The notes beneath the pieces are model-generated. The model had not been told where the DNA came from and searched no databases. It saw only the letters and a program-made list of their open reading frames with translations. A stretch of 64,000 nucleotides of DNA from an uncultured Methanosarcinaceae archaeon (GTDB lineage Archaea > Halobacteriota > Methanosarcinia > Methanosarcinales > Methanosarcinaceae): NCBI GenBank assembly GCA_963847185.1, contig CAWJYV010000007.1:416001-480000 (forward strand). The letters run 5' to 3'. The position numbers were made by a program, and so were the translations under genes. Below are positions 10,125 to 20,736 of this stretch, piece by piece. The stretch's first letter is position 1, and every line of letters starts with the position of its first letter.

Positions 10125-10353
10125 ATGTAGCAGCCTCTAGTAAGCCCTTTATAAAACTCAAACAAGTAATATCAAGATTTTGGCAGGTACTAATTACTCC
10201 AAAACAATAGATCTTTTTAATAAATACTTATCGAAAATATTGGGATGATACTACAGAACCTTGATTAAAATAAGTTGAAATTGTAAAATGAAAAATGAAA
10301 AAAGAAAAGATAACCCGAAATGGTAATAAAGAAGCTTTCTAATTACAACTTCG

Positions 10354-10869
10354 ATGACTCTCCTATCCAGTAATGAACTGAGGAAGCTTCTCCAGATGAA
10401 GCCTCCTTTGATTGAAAACGCGGTTGATGTAGAAACCCAGATACAGCCTAACGGGCTTGAACTAACCTTGAAAGAGATAAAAACAATAGAAGGTCCTGGA
10501 GCTGTAGATTTTGATAATTCCGAAAGAAAGCTTCCGGATTCAAATAACCTTGAATTCGAGAGTGATGGGTGGGTCCATCTCCCTCCTGGTATTTATAAGG
10601 TACTTTTTAATGAGATTGTCAATATTCCCATGAACCTGGCTGCAATTGCAAAGCCCAGGTCAACTCTTATTCGATGTGGGGCCACTCTTGAAACTGCAGT
10701 ATGGGATGCAGGCTACAGGGGACGTAGCGAGTCAATGCTAGTAGTTTACAACACTGCAGGTTTCAGATTAAAGAAGGACGCCCGAATCATGCAGCTTCTA
10801 TTTTACACTCTGGAAGCAGAAGTCGAAAAAGGATATTCAGGTGTATACCAGAACGAAAATACAAAATAA
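10354..10869 (+). CDS. dut: Archaeal dUTPase (dCTP deaminase/dUTPase family)
   Basis: QIQPNGLEL, PRSTLIRCG, VWDAGYRG, RIMQL and YSGVYQ. Confidence 0.88.
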   Translation: MTLLSSNELRKLLQMKPPLIENAVDVETQIQPNGLELTLKEIKTIEGPGAVDFDNSERKLPDSNNLEFESDGWVHLPPGIYKVLFNEIVNIPMNLAAIAKPRSTLIRCGATLETAVWDAGYRGRSESMLVVYNTAGFRLKKDARIMQLLFYTLEAEVEKGYSGVYQNENTK

Positions 10870-11027
10870 GATTTTGATATAAGTTTTGTAAATTTCAGTT
10901 CTTAAATGCAGATTTATCCAAAATTGAAATAAAATAAATCTGAAGTGCAGCAATAGAAATAGTGGACGCGGCATCATTAAAAAATACAGATAAAGTATAT
11001 ATTATCTAATCCGCATATCACAGCCTT

Positions 11028-11825
11028 ATGAGTAATATAGGTAAGTCTGTAAGGATGGAACGTATTTTCAATAGAAATACTGGTAACGCTATTATTATTC
11101 CTATGGACCATGGAGTTGGGGCAGGTCCCATACCTGGACTCAAAAACCTGCAGGAAGCTGTAAACAGGGTCGCAGAGGGAGGAGCAAATGCAGTTCTGGG
11201 GCATATGGGCCTTGCTAAACACGGACACAGGGGATACGGGCACGATGTAGGTCTTATAATCCACCTCTCGGCTTCAACTTCCCTTGCTGTTGACCCTAAC
11301 CACAAAGTTCTTGTAACGACCGTAGAAGAAGCTATAAAGGTCGGTGCTGACGCGGTATCCGTTCATATCAATATTGGAGCTGAAGATGAATATGAAATGC
11401 TTCAGGGTCTTGGTTATGTCGCAGGAAAGTGTGATGAATGGGGAATTCCTCTTCTTGCTATGATGTACCCTCGCGGAAAAAAAGTTCGCTCCGAATATGA
11501 TGTGGACGTTGTAAAGCATGCAGCCAGAATCGGTGCTGAGCTTGGGGCAGATATAATCAAGACCAATTACACAGGCAGTCCAGAATCATTTAAAGAAGTC
11601 GTTGACGGATGTCCGGTACCTGTAATTATTGCAGGTGGTCCTAAGGTTAGTTCTGAACAGGATTTACTGGAAATGATTGAAGGTTCTCTGGAAGCCGGAG
11701 GGAAAGGTGTCGCTATAGGAAGGAATGTTTTCCAGGCAGAAGATCCTACAGGGCTTGTCCGTAGAATTGCAAAAATCGTTCATGAGGGTGTGAGCGCAGA
11801 AGCGATTATTAATATGGGTAAGTAA
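11028..11825 (+). CDS. 2-amino-3,7-dideoxy-D-threo-hept-6-ulosonate synthase (DhnA-type class I aldolase)
   Basis: [22 protein letters not shown] (Schiff-base Lys), IAGG and GRNVFQ. Confidence 0.88.
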   Translation: MSNIGKSVRMERIFNRNTGNAIIIPMDHGVGAGPIPGLKNLQEAVNRVAEGGANAVLGHMGLAKHGHRGYGHDVGLIIHLSASTSLAVDPNHKVLVTTVEEAIKVGADAVSVHINIGAEDEYEMLQGLGYVAGKCDEWGIPLLAMMYPRGKKVRSEYDVDVVKHAARIGAELGADIIKTNYTGSPESFKEVVDGCPVPVIIAGGPKVSSEQDLLEMIEGSLEAGGKGVAIGRNVFQAEDPTGLVRRIAKIVHEGVSAEAIINMGK

Positions 11826-13016
11826 GTTAAAGGCAGAAGCCTTGACAATGAAATAAAAATGAATTTATTATGTGAATTCACAGGCAAAATAAGAACCAAG
11901 ATCCAAAAAATACGTGACTCAAAAAAATATTGATTAAATATAAATTTTTCTCTTAACAAGAGATCAATCCGTCTAAAAAGGATCAATCCATCTAAAAAAT
12001 GTAGTGGAAATGAAGGGGCTTCTTTTTTCAGAAGGAAAAATCCATTCAAAAGATAACTAATAACAATCAGGAATTCAGATTAAGACTTCCTCGAAGTCTC
12101 AAAAAAGGGAAGCAACACTGGACCAAGAATTGTGTATTTTTACCCCCGATCCATCTGAAATCTCTCATTTGAGATATGTTTCTCAACCATCTGTTCCTTT
12201 CTTTATTCTTTAACTTTTTTTGAATGTTTCCCTCCTTTAAATGTAATTTTAACAATAGATATCAGGAGTCTCATTCTCTGAACATACTACAAAATATGTG
12301 TTATTATTGGATGCAAGTGTATGAATTTCTTTGCCGAAAATTAGACTTTCCTCTAAGAGATATCGGAAGCTAAATTTTTATTTAATTATATGTTTCGTTA
12401 GGTATAAACGTGTTATCTTTAGATTCCAGTGGAACTAAGGGGGTATTGAAATATCTATGATGGAGACAAAAAATAATGAAGTTGAATGCCTTATAATGGC
12501 GAATATTTATACAAAGTAAGGTTGGTAGTACAAAGTAATGTTACATCGTAAACTCTTATGAATTCTTAATAATTGTCTTAAAATAGGGGAAGGGTGCATC
12601 TTCTAAAGATAATATTTACAGTGGATAAAATTTAAAATATATAGAATAAATGCAAAGAAATGAGAAAATGAAAAAACAATTATTGTGAAAAAATTAATCA
12701 ATGAATTTCTCCAGTGGAAATTAAAGGGTCTCTCCTGAGAGAATCCGATAATAAGTTGGAGGCGATACTTAAAATCTATTAAAAGGTAACAATGACAAGT
12801 ATTAATATAAAAAGAAGCTAAATTTAGAGTGGGGATAAAGGCAGGGCTAAAAATATATTTCAATGGATTCCGGGCTTGGGATATGATAACAAACTTTAGA
12901 GTCCTCTCTTTTCAGTCTGCTTTGAGAATAAAGTCACTATCAGTTCTTAATTTATGGAACATCAAAGCCGAAGCGTAGTTTATTTATAGAAAAGTTTACT
13001 TACAATAAATTCCACT

Positions 13017-14003
13017 TTGAACCCTTGTGAAGGTGTGCTTTTGAACTTGGGAACCTTTAAAAGAAATGTAATACTATTTTTAATTCTCATATTGGGGGTA
13101 TTTTTAGTCCATGCATACTGGACAGAGATAATAGCTCTCTTGGGGGAAAGCTGGGGAATACTCCAAGAAATCCGGATTCGTTATTTTGTTATGGCATTCA
13201 TAGTCTATTTATTAAGCGTTTACTTATTTGCAGCCCGCTGGCAGAAGGTTCTCTCTTGCATGGACTATAAGCTTAAAGCTACAGACCTTGTCCCCATTAT
13301 TTTCGGAGGAATATTTGCAAATAACTTAACTCCGGCAAGCAGAGCAGGGGGTGAACCCCTCAGGATACTATGGATTAAGAAACAGTTTGAGGTAAGCTAT
13401 ACTAACGCCTTCATATCGATTTTGTTTGAAAGAATGGTCGAAGCAGTTCCTATTCTAATGATATCGATCTATGTTCTATACTCACTTCCAATATTAGAAA
13501 TCAAATCCTTACCTCTGAAAAACGGTCTAACACTTAACTCAACTTATCTATTACTTTTAATCGTGCTTGTAATGGGAATATTAACATGGTTTTTTCGAGA
13601 AAAACTCACTTCTCTCCTCAAGCGTGTACATGCGAACTGGAAAAAACTTAAAAAATCTTTTATCCCTGTGCTTTTATTATCCAGTGGAGTCTGGGTTCTT
13701 GACATAATACGTCTCAAATATATTGCTTTAGCCCTGAATCTTCCTCTCTCGTTACATACGATCGCAACAGTGTCAATCCTGTACTTGATTCTTGGAAGCT
13801 TACCTATAACCCCAGGTGGTCTTGGGATAGTTGAAGGAGGGCTTGTTTCTATCCTTCTCTATTTCGGATTGTCACTTGCTTTGGCTAGCAGCTTTGTTTT
13901 TATCGAGCGTTTTATCTCTTTTGGGCTCAGCAGCCTGATAGGATTCGTATACCTGTTTTATTATGGAGGGTTTAAGATATGGAAAAACATAGAATCGCAT
14001 TGA
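13017..14003 (+). CDS. Flippase-like membrane protein (lysylphosphatidylglycerol synthase TM / UPF0104)
   Basis: NNLTPASRAGGE, FER, PITPGGLGIVEG and multiple TM helices. Confidence 0.9.
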   Translation: MNPCEGVLLNLGTFKRNVILFLILILGVFLVHAYWTEIIALLGESWGILQEIRIRYFVMAFIVYLLSVYLFAARWQKVLSCMDYKLKATDLVPIIFGGIFANNLTPASRAGGEPLRILWIKKQFEVSYTNAFISILFERMVEAVPILMISIYVLYSLPILEIKSLPLKNGLTLNSTYLLLLIVLVMGILTWFFREKLTSLLKRVHANWKKLKKSFIPVLLLSSGVWVLDIIRLKYIALALNLPLSLHTIATVSILYLILGSLPITPGGLGIVEGGLVSILLYFGLSLALASSFVFIERFISFGLSSLIGFVYLFYYGGFKIWKNIESH

Positions 14004-15109
14004 TAAGCGACTGGTATTTTCCAAAAGTTGGGGGAATCGAGTATTCAATGCATGCACTTGCTAAAACCCTTAATATGCATGGTCATGACGTAAATGTTAT
14101 CACAAGGAGCTATCCGGGTTTGCCTGAACACTCTATTAGAGAAGGAATTACAGTTATAAGAATCAAAGGCAAACCTCTACCAGGGCAGAATCGTTTTCTC
14201 GTTCCTAATGCATACAAAGAACTATACTACCTTTTGAAAAAGAAAGATTATGATATTGTCAATTGCCATGGGCTGGATTCTCCTATTGGTATGTCGGCTC
14301 TTATTGCATCCAGGAAACTTGGAATCCCTACGGTAGTAACCAATCACTCTCTTATCGGACATACAATATATGGTCCTACTTTATACTTAGCAGGCAAGCT
14401 ACTGTTAAGAAATGCAGATGCTATAATTGCAGTCAGCTCTGCAGTTGAAAATGATTCAAAAATAATGACATCAAAGCCTATATATCGTATATTTAATGGA
14501 GTTGACTCGGAAAATAGCCAGTTAAAAGTTTCCTTTCCTGATTATAAGGAAAGAAAACTGGTAATCGCCACAGTAGCACGTATGACAAAAAAGAAAGGTG
14601 TCCAGAATATTGTAAGTCTTGCTCCTTACCTTCTGGGAATAAACGATAATTTACTGTTTTTAATGATAGGAGATGGCCCACTTAGAAAAAGCCTGGAAAA
14701 GAGAGTAGAAGAAAGTGGGTTATCTCGAAATTTTTATTTTACAGGAGAAGTTTCCAGAGAGGAAGTAATGGAATACCTTAATCAGGCAGATATTTTTGCT
14801 CTTCCTTCTGTTGATGAAGCATTTGGAATTTCGATTCTGGAAGCAATGTTAAAAAATGTCCCTGTTGTGGCAATGAACCATAGTGGAGTCTCGGATATTA
14901 TTAAAAACGGAGTAAACGGTTATCTTGCAGATGACCTTCCGGAATTTTCGTCCTACCTTCAGACTCTGATTGAAAATCCATATCAGAGAATATCATTTGC
15001 TCAAGAGGCAAGCAAGGGGCTTTCAAACTACGATTGGAATAGAATATATGAACAAACATTTAGGGTATATTCAAAGGTCATTTATGAAAAACATCACAAT
15101 AACAATTGA
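13979..15109 (+). CDS. GT4 glycosyltransferase, PIG-A-like
   Basis: RIALISDWYFPKVGGIE, TNHSL, ARMTKKKG and EAFGISILEAM. Confidence 0.92.
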   Translation: MEKHRIALISDWYFPKVGGIEYSMHALAKTLNMHGHDVNVITRSYPGLPEHSIREGITVIRIKGKPLPGQNRFLVPNAYKELYYLLKKKDYDIVNCHGLDSPIGMSALIASRKLGIPTVVTNHSLIGHTIYGPTLYLAGKLLLRNADAIIAVSSAVENDSKIMTSKPIYRIFNGVDSENSQLKVSFPDYKERKLVIATVARMTKKKGVQNIVSLAPYLLGINDNLLFLMIGDGPLRKSLEKRVEESGLSRNFYFTGEVSREEVMEYLNQADIFALPSVDEAFGISILEAMLKNVPVVAMNHSGVSDIIKNGVNGYLADDLPEFSSYLQTLIENPYQRISFAQEASKGLSNYDWNRIYEQTFRVYSKVIYEKHHNNN

Positions 15110-15803
15110 TGTAGAAGAAGATTGTCCACCCATGCTTACAAGTACCAGAGGTATGGAAGAAGGATTGCCTAAATTACTTGATCTCTTTAAGGAAGAAGAT
15201 GTAAAAGCAACTTTTTTCGTAACAGGAATAATGGCAGAACAGTATCCTGACCTGATATCCAGAATTCCAAAAGAAGGGCATGAGCTCGGCTGTCATGGAT
15301 ATACCCATGAACGTTTTGACAGAATGAAAAAGGAAGAGGCTAGAGTTGCCCTTAAAAAAGCTGGACAGGTTCTCAGGCAGTTTGAAAACAGACTGGTCTC
15401 CTTCAGGGCCCCTAATCTTCAGTTTCCTGAAAGTTATCTTAAACTCCTTGAAGATGAAGATTTCCTGTATGACTCCTCGATTGCAGCATATAAACCTCCA
15501 TTTCCCAGAAGTACAGTAGAAGGCAAAATAATAAGAGTTCCTGCGACTGTCACCTCTTCTGTCATAAGACTACCTCCAAGCCTTTTTCTCCCGCTACTCA
15601 GGCATACGAAAGCTCCTGTAATTTTTGCCCATCCCTGGGAATTCGTGGACATGTCCGGAATGCCTATACGCATAGACTGCAGGTTTAATACCGGAAAAAA
15701 AGCTCTTGAAAATCTTAGAACTCTAATCCATGCCTTTAAAGTTGAAAATTATCTTTTTTTAACTCTGGAAGAAAGAGCACGTCTCGAAAATCATAAGTCC
15801 TGA
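15084..15803 (+). CDS. Polysaccharide deacetylase (NodB/CE4)
   Basis: TIDVEED, ATFFV, HELGCHGYTH, FRAP and HPWEF. ATG 15084 overlaps the end of the GT4 gene. Confidence 0.92.
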   Translation: MKNITITIDVEEDCPPMLTSTRGMEEGLPKLLDLFKEEDVKATFFVTGIMAEQYPDLISRIPKEGHELGCHGYTHERFDRMKKEEARVALKKAGQVLRQFENRLVSFRAPNLQFPESYLKLLEDEDFLYDSSIAAYKPPFPRSTVEGKIIRVPATVTSSVIRLPPSLFLPLLRHTKAPVIFAHPWEFVDMSGMPIRIDCRFNTGKKALENLRTLIHAFKVENYLFLTLEERARLENHKS

Positions 15804-15891
15804 AATCGGGAAGAACATTCTGGAAAATATATCATATTCCAAAAGAGAAATATTACTTCCTATTTTGCGAATAAATCTGTAAAAAAGCGAT

Positions 15892-15907
15892 TTCAAAATA
15901 TTTTGAA
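15892..15907. promoter_or_regulatory. Perfect palindrome TTCAAAATATTTTGAA (TCAA-N6-TTGA), putative ArsR-family operator upstream of acr3
   Basis: 16-bp palindrome just upstream of TATA-like TTAAATA; the same motif recurs four more times in the cluster. Confidence 0.65.
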
Positions 15908-15988
15908 CTAATTCTTAAATACTAATATTATCATAATATATATGTAATATCAAGTTAACAGTGTTAACATACAAATGTATAGGCAAAA

Positions 15989-17056
15989 ATGGTAGAGGTA
16001 TATGTTGTGGAAAAATCCGTAGTATCTAAATTATCCTTTCTGAACCGTTATTTAACCCTATGGATTTTTATGGCTATGTTTATAGGCGTAGGGTTGGGCT
16101 TTGTTTATCCAGGATTTGCAGAATTCTTAAAGAATTTGTCTATAGGGACAACATCCATTCCTATTGCTATTGGTTTGATAGTTATGATGTATCCTCCCCT
16201 TGCACGGGTCAAATATGAGGAATTAGGCAAGGTATTCAAGAATCACAAGGTTTTGGGCTTATCCTTACTGCAAAATTGGGTAGTTGGCCCGATTCTAATG
16301 TTCATCCTAGCTATTCTATTTCTCAGAGCTTATCCAGAATACATGGTGGGTGTTATTTTAATAGGCCTGGCCAGATGCATAGCCATGGTAATCGTCTGGA
16401 ACACTCTGGCAGATGGAGATAATGAGTATGCTGCTGCTCTGGTTGCCTTTAACTCCATCTTTCAGCTGGTCTTCTACTCAGTTTTTGCCTATTTTTTTAT
16501 AACCCTGCTTCCTGAATGGCTTGGACTTAGTGGTATGGAAGTAAATATCTCAATTGGAGAGGTTGCCCGGAGTGTTGCCATTTATCTGGGAATTCCTTTT
16601 GCTGCAGGGTTTTTAACCCGTTACTTCTTACGCCCTTCAAAAGGAGCCGAATGGTATGATGGAAAATTCATTCCTAAAATAGGTCCGATATCACTTTATG
16701 CTCTATTATTTACTATTATTGTGATGTTCTCTTTAAAAGGGGAATATATCGTTACCCTACCAATGGATGTAGTAAGGATTGCAATTCCTCTGTTAATCTA
16801 TTTCGTAGTTATGTTCAGCGTTTCCTTTTTTATTTCCAAAAAAATGGGGGTAAATTATGAGCAGACAACCTCTCTTGCATTTACTGCAGCCAGTAATAAT
16901 TTCGAACTTGCAATTGCAGTGGCAGTAGCGGTTTTTGGCATTAATTCAGGGCAGGCTTTTGCAGCAGTTGTAGGCCCTCTGATTGAAGTACCTGTGATGA
17001 TTGGACTTGTTAATGTCGCAGTTTACTGGAGAACAAAATATTTTAAGAAAAGCTAA
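15989..17056 (+). CDS. acr3: ACR3-family arsenite efflux transporter
   Basis: [32 protein letters not shown] and GPLIEVP. Confidence 0.96.
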   Translation: MVEVYVVEKSVVSKLSFLNRYLTLWIFMAMFIGVGLGFVYPGFAEFLKNLSIGTTSIPIAIGLIVMMYPPLARVKYEELGKVFKNHKVLGLSLLQNWVVGPILMFILAILFLRAYPEYMVGVILIGLARCIAMVIVWNTLADGDNEYAAALVAFNSIFQLVFYSVFAYFFITLLPEWLGLSGMEVNISIGEVARSVAIYLGIPFAAGFLTRYFLRPSKGAEWYDGKFIPKIGPISLYALLFTIIVMFSLKGEYIVTLPMDVVRIAIPLLIYFVVMFSVSFFISKKMGVNYEQTTSLAFTAASNNFELAIAVAVAVFGINSGQAFAAVVGPLIEVPVMIGLVNVAVYWRTKYFKKS

Positions 17057-17117
17057 GATTAATTTAAATAAAGATCTGGAATACTAATAATTATATTCAA
17101 GTTGATTGAGTCCGAGA

Positions 17118-17528
17118 TTACTCGGACTGCAGGATCTCAAGGGTTTTTTCTAGAGCTTCTGAGATTTCATTGTCCTTGAGATCTTTATCTTTATTCTTTT
17201 TGATCCCCAATTCTGAAATTACAATATGTCGATCCACTTTGAAGCCTGCAAGTTCGAGGGTTTTGCTTGCACAGTTAACCGGGCACCCGTCAATAGCAAT
17301 TATCCTGTCTGAAGCGTCTGCAGACTTCATAAGTCCAGGGGCTCTAGCTCCGATTCCTGCAGTACACATCAGATTTCCGATCCCCTGTTTTTCAAGTTCA
17401 ATTGCGATTCTATTTGAGAGCTGGCCTACGTTTGAAGCCCCGACACATGGGAAGATTGCCACATTTGAGGATCCGCATGCACATTTGTTCTCCCCTGCCA
17501 TTGTTTCATCTCCTTTTTGAGTTTTCAT
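17118..17528 (-). CDS. DGC-domain putative zinc-binding protein
   Basis: FPCVGASNVGQ, CTAGIG and IDGCPVNC. Confidence 0.9.
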   Translation of the reverse strand: MKTQKGDETMAGENKCACGSSNVAIFPCVGASNVGQLSNRIAIELEKQGIGNLMCTAGIGARAPGLMKSADASDRIIAIDGCPVNCASKTLELAGFKVDRHIVISELGIKKNKDKDLKDNEISEALEKTLEILQSE

Positions 17529-17567
17529 CTGGATTTAGTCTTTTTTAACACAGCAGTAAATGCTCTT

Positions 17568-17801
17568 TCATTGGGCAATCCATTTTTTAATATCTTTTTC
17601 ATCAGGAACTTTGCCTGCAAGTTTTACGTCTCCATCGATAACAACCGCAGGGGTGATCATAACACCATAGCTCATGATTTTTTCAATATCCTCAACTTTA
17701 ACCACTTCAGCTTCAACACCACTTTGCTTCAGTACTTTTTCAATTATTTCTTTTGTCTTTTTGCACTTAGAGCATCCTGTACCGAGAACTTCTATTTTCA
17801 T
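17568..17801 (-). CDS. Small thioredoxin-like redox-active disulfide protein (MTH895/ArsE type)
   Basis: LGTGCSKC and YGVMITPAVVIDG. Confidence 0.93.
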   Translation of the reverse strand: MKIEVLGTGCSKCKKTKEIIEKVLKQSGVEAEVVKVEDIEKIMSYGVMITPAVVIDGDVKLAGKVPDEKDIKKWIAQ

Positions 17802-17880
17802 GTTAATTACCTCACATTTTATCCTATACTGTTTTAATCTTAGACATTTCTTTCCTTTTTCAGCTTATGATACTTTAATC

Positions 17881-18852
17881 TTACAGAATAATGTTAAATA
17901 GATATCCCGTAAAAATTATAGATATAGTAACAATTATAACAAAAGCAGCTATCAGTTCATTTTTAAGCACTCTTTTCAAGATTATTATTTCTGGAAGAGA
18001 AAGCGCAGTTACTCCCATAAGAAAGGCAAGAGCAGTGCCTACTGGAAGTCCTTTTCCAATAAGGCTTTCCACAATAGGAATCATACCCATAACGTTGGAG
18101 TAGAGAGGCACTCCTATGATAACTGCAATCGGGACTGCAAGCAAATTGTCTTCTCCTGCATATTTTGCCAGAATGCCTTCGGGTGCATATCCGTGGAAAA
18201 TTCCTCCCAGAGCAACTCCGATAATCACATAGATCCAGACCCTTTCCACGATATCTTTAACACAGTCATAGGCGGCAGCAGACCTTTCTTTTACACTTAA
18301 CTCTTTTGGGCTTTTATTCGAGTCTCCTACCTTTATATTATAAACAAAGTCAGCTACGTATTTTTCCATTTTCAAGCGACCTATTAGGTAGCCACCAATA
18401 ACACCAAGTAAAATGCCTGAAACTGTATAAATCAAAGTTGCTTTAAGACCAATAGTAGCCCACAGCGCAGCAACTGCGGCCTCGTTTACCAGGGGGGAGG
18501 TAATAAGGAAGGAAAAAGTCACTCCAAGAGGAATCCCAGCTTCCACGAAACCAATAAAAAGTGGCACTGATGAACAGGAACAGAAGGGAGTAACTGCTCC
18601 CATCAAGGAGGCTAACAGATGATATTGCAATCCTGTTTTACCTCCGAGTAGTTTTCGAGTTTTTTCCGGGGTTACATATGTCCGTATGTAGGAAACAACA
18701 AAGATCATTACCGCTAGAAGGACGAAAATTTTCATTACATCATAAATAATAAAATTAACACTAGCTGCAAGGTGGGTACCAGGTTCAATTCCTAATACCT
18801 CATATGTCAGTTTATCAGCAATCCATTGAAGGGGATAGAAAATGTCAACCAT
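17881..18852 (-). CDS. arsP: ArsP-family (DUF318) permease
   Basis: TPFCSCSSVP, LITSPLVNE, GVPLY and LSLPE. Confidence 0.88.
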   Translation of the reverse strand: MVDIFYPLQWIADKLTYEVLGIEPGTHLAASVNFIIYDVMKIFVLLAVMIFVVSYIRTYVTPEKTRKLLGGKTGLQYHLLASLMGAVTPFCSCSSVPLFIGFVEAGIPLGVTFSFLITSPLVNEAAVAALWATIGLKATLIYTVSGILLGVIGGYLIGRLKMEKYVADFVYNIKVGDSNKSPKELSVKERSAAAYDCVKDIVERVWIYVIIGVALGGIFHGYAPEGILAKYAGEDNLLAVPIAVIIGVPLYSNVMGMIPIVESLIGKGLPVGTALAFLMGVTALSLPEIIILKRVLKNELIAAFVIIVTISIIFTGYLFNIIL

Positions 18853-18906
18853 TTTTGGATCCTTCTTTTATGAATTTATAGTTTTTATAGTTGTATTTTC
18901 AAATAC

Positions 18907-18922
18907 ATCAATATACATTGAT
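18907..18922. promoter_or_regulatory. ATCAA-N6-TTGAT palindrome upstream of arsP
   Basis: ATCAATATACATTGAT lies between a TATA-like sequence and the start codon. Confidence 0.65.
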
Positions 18923-19328
18923 ATAGTCTGTACTATATAATTATTTCCATATAGCATGGAATATTTTACTTGTTTTTAACCCGAAATATTTTTGTTGTCA
19001 TCAAAGAATTTTTCCCAGTATATCTTCAAAAATAAGTCTGCAAATTCGCTGAATTGCTGAAAAATAAATGATAGGTATAGAAAATCCCTTCGAAAAAAGC
19101 CTCTGGAAAACATGATATGTGCAAATTTCCGATTTGCGGAAAAAGAAAACTTTTTTCTTCACATAAACAACCAGTAAGTTGAAACATTAAATGACTGGGA
19201 AGTAAAACATTAATCACTTCATTGATTGCTGAAGAAAGAGTAAAGCAAGAAAAATTCATTCTTTTTGAAGAGGTGCTATTACTCATGAACCCCTGAAAAA
19301 ACTATTTATCCATTTATATTATTTATTA

Positions 19329-19571
19329 TCCCACATTCCGCAGTATTTTTTCGAATATCACTATTTTTTCTGATAGCGTTTTTGGAACTTCTTACAATAA
19401 TCTAAAATCAAATGAAGCTCGGTGAAAATTGAATGCTATCGTTTTTTGGCCTCTAAACTCATACATATTCACTTTTTATTCCTGCACAAAAGTCCAATAA
19501 ATTTACGTTAAATTGAAACTCGATAGCAGTAAAAATTGTGAAAAACTTAAATTTTACTGCGGAAAGTGGGT
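19329..19571. mobile_element. About 243-bp MITE-like element
   Basis: TIRs TCCCACATTCCGCAGTA (19329-19345) and TACTGCGGAAAGTGGGT (19555-19571), TA on both flanks, no coding capacity. Confidence 0.75.
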
Positions 19572-19592
19572 TAAACCTGTAATCCACATAAT

Positions 19593-19895
19593 TTAAAACG
19601 TATACTCGTTTCTGCAGTGTTCCATAATATCATCTATAAATGTAACGTAAAAATTATCCGGGACTGTAATTTTCTCTCCTGCTTTGATAGCTCTTGCCTT
19701 AAGATCTTCTTTGCATGCATAAACTCTGCACTCTGGCAGTTTTTCCTCTATCCCGGTAAGCAAGTGATAGACTCCGTCCCCTGCAAGGTAGAGTCTGACG
19801 TTTACGGAGCGAGCAACAAGTTTCAAGCATATTTCTGACCTCGTACTATGGGGAGGCTTCGTCAGCAGGAACACATCCCATCGTTCTTCTTTCAT
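19593..19895 (-). CDS. DsrH/TusB-like sulfur relay protein
   Basis: LLTKPP, LAGDGVY and EDLKARAI. Confidence 0.8.
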   Translation of the reverse strand: MKEERWDVFLLTKPPHSTRSEICLKLVARSVNVRLYLAGDGVYHLLTGIEEKLPECRVYACKEDLKARAIKAGEKITVPDNFYVTFIDDIMEHCRNEYTF

Positions 19896-19948
19896 ATTAT
19901 CACCGATTCATCCTTATCCGGTAACCAATATCTTATCCAGTACCAGTA

Positions 19949-20293
19949 TTAAAGCAGAACAACACAATCCGAGTTTTCCATTGCTGTTAAAAAATCTTCC
20001 TCATCTATTAGTTCCAGAGTTTCTATAAGGGTTTCCTCAAACAGGCCTCTCTCTACAAGGGACTGTTCATGCACGAGTACTCTCAGTTCCCCATAAGCAT
20101 ACAGAATATCTGCAAGATTTGGCACTCCAAGATTTATACTATCCTGGCCACCAACCGTTAGATAGACACCATCTCCATAAAGGCCAAGAATAGTATTCAT
20201 TCTGTTAAGGCTTACTATAGCCGCATTCAATGCTCCGAAGGCTTTTTCACTACCATATGGGGCAGTATCCAGCAGGTAAAAAACTGATTTCAT
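19949..20293 (-). CDS. DsrF/TusC-like (DsrE family) protein
   Basis: TAPYGSE, YGDGVY and SLVERGL. Confidence 0.85.
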   Translation of the reverse strand: MKSVFYLLDTAPYGSEKAFGALNAAIVSLNRMNTILGLYGDGVYLTVGGQDSINLGVPNLADILYAYGELRVLVHEQSLVERGLFEETLIETLELIDEEDFLTAMENSDCVVLL

Positions 20294-20318
20294 TGGATTC
20301 TAACCTCTTTTCGATGAA

Positions 20319-20699
20319 CTACCTTGATAGCGATATCACCCTATCACTTTTCTTTAGCATTTCAGAGAGTTCATAGAGACTGGAAATTTTTATCCCTGGG
20401 AGATAGTCTCTACAATTAGTTTCGTTCCCAGTTTCCCCTTCTATCATATAACCTCGTGCAGCAGCACACCGAGCACATGCCCTGATTACAGCCCCTTTCT
20501 CTGCAAGTCTGGTGAAGAATTCCCCTGCGTTGGTAAAAAACGATGGATTCTGGCCCTTTTTGGGGATGTGCACTGCATCAAGGTACAGAAATATGTTTAC
20601 GTTATATTGTTTAAGAGCAGCCTCGGCAAGCTTGCAGGCGATCTCTGCATATCCGGAAATATAAGGACCGTCAGTGAGTACTATGGTTAGCGTCTTCAA
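20319..20699 (-). CDS. DsrE/TusD-like sulfur relay protein
   Basis: TDGPY, FLYLDAV and ACARCAAARG (candidate active Cys). Confidence 0.85.
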   Translation of the reverse strand: MKTLTIVLTDGPYISGYAEIACKLAEAALKQYNVNIFLYLDAVHIPKKGQNPSFFTNAGEFFTRLAEKGAVIRACARCAAARGYMIEGETGNETNCRDYLPGIKISSLYELSEMLKKSDRVISLSR

Positions 20700-20736
20700 A
20701 GTTCCCTCCGAATATTTAACTATTTATGCAGCGACC

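Noticed and set aside
11962-11998. 19-bp imperfect tandem repeat GATCAATCC(G/A)TCTAAAAA
   Set aside because: Only two copies and no evidence of function
11826-13016. Short ORFs in the AT-rich gap after the aldolase
   Set aside because: No recognisable motifs or SD; composition matches non-coding DNA
20319-20321. TAG stop of dsrE as a possible Pyl readthrough fusing it to dsrF
   Set aside because: The readthrough frame is not in frame with the next gene, and DsrE is already full length
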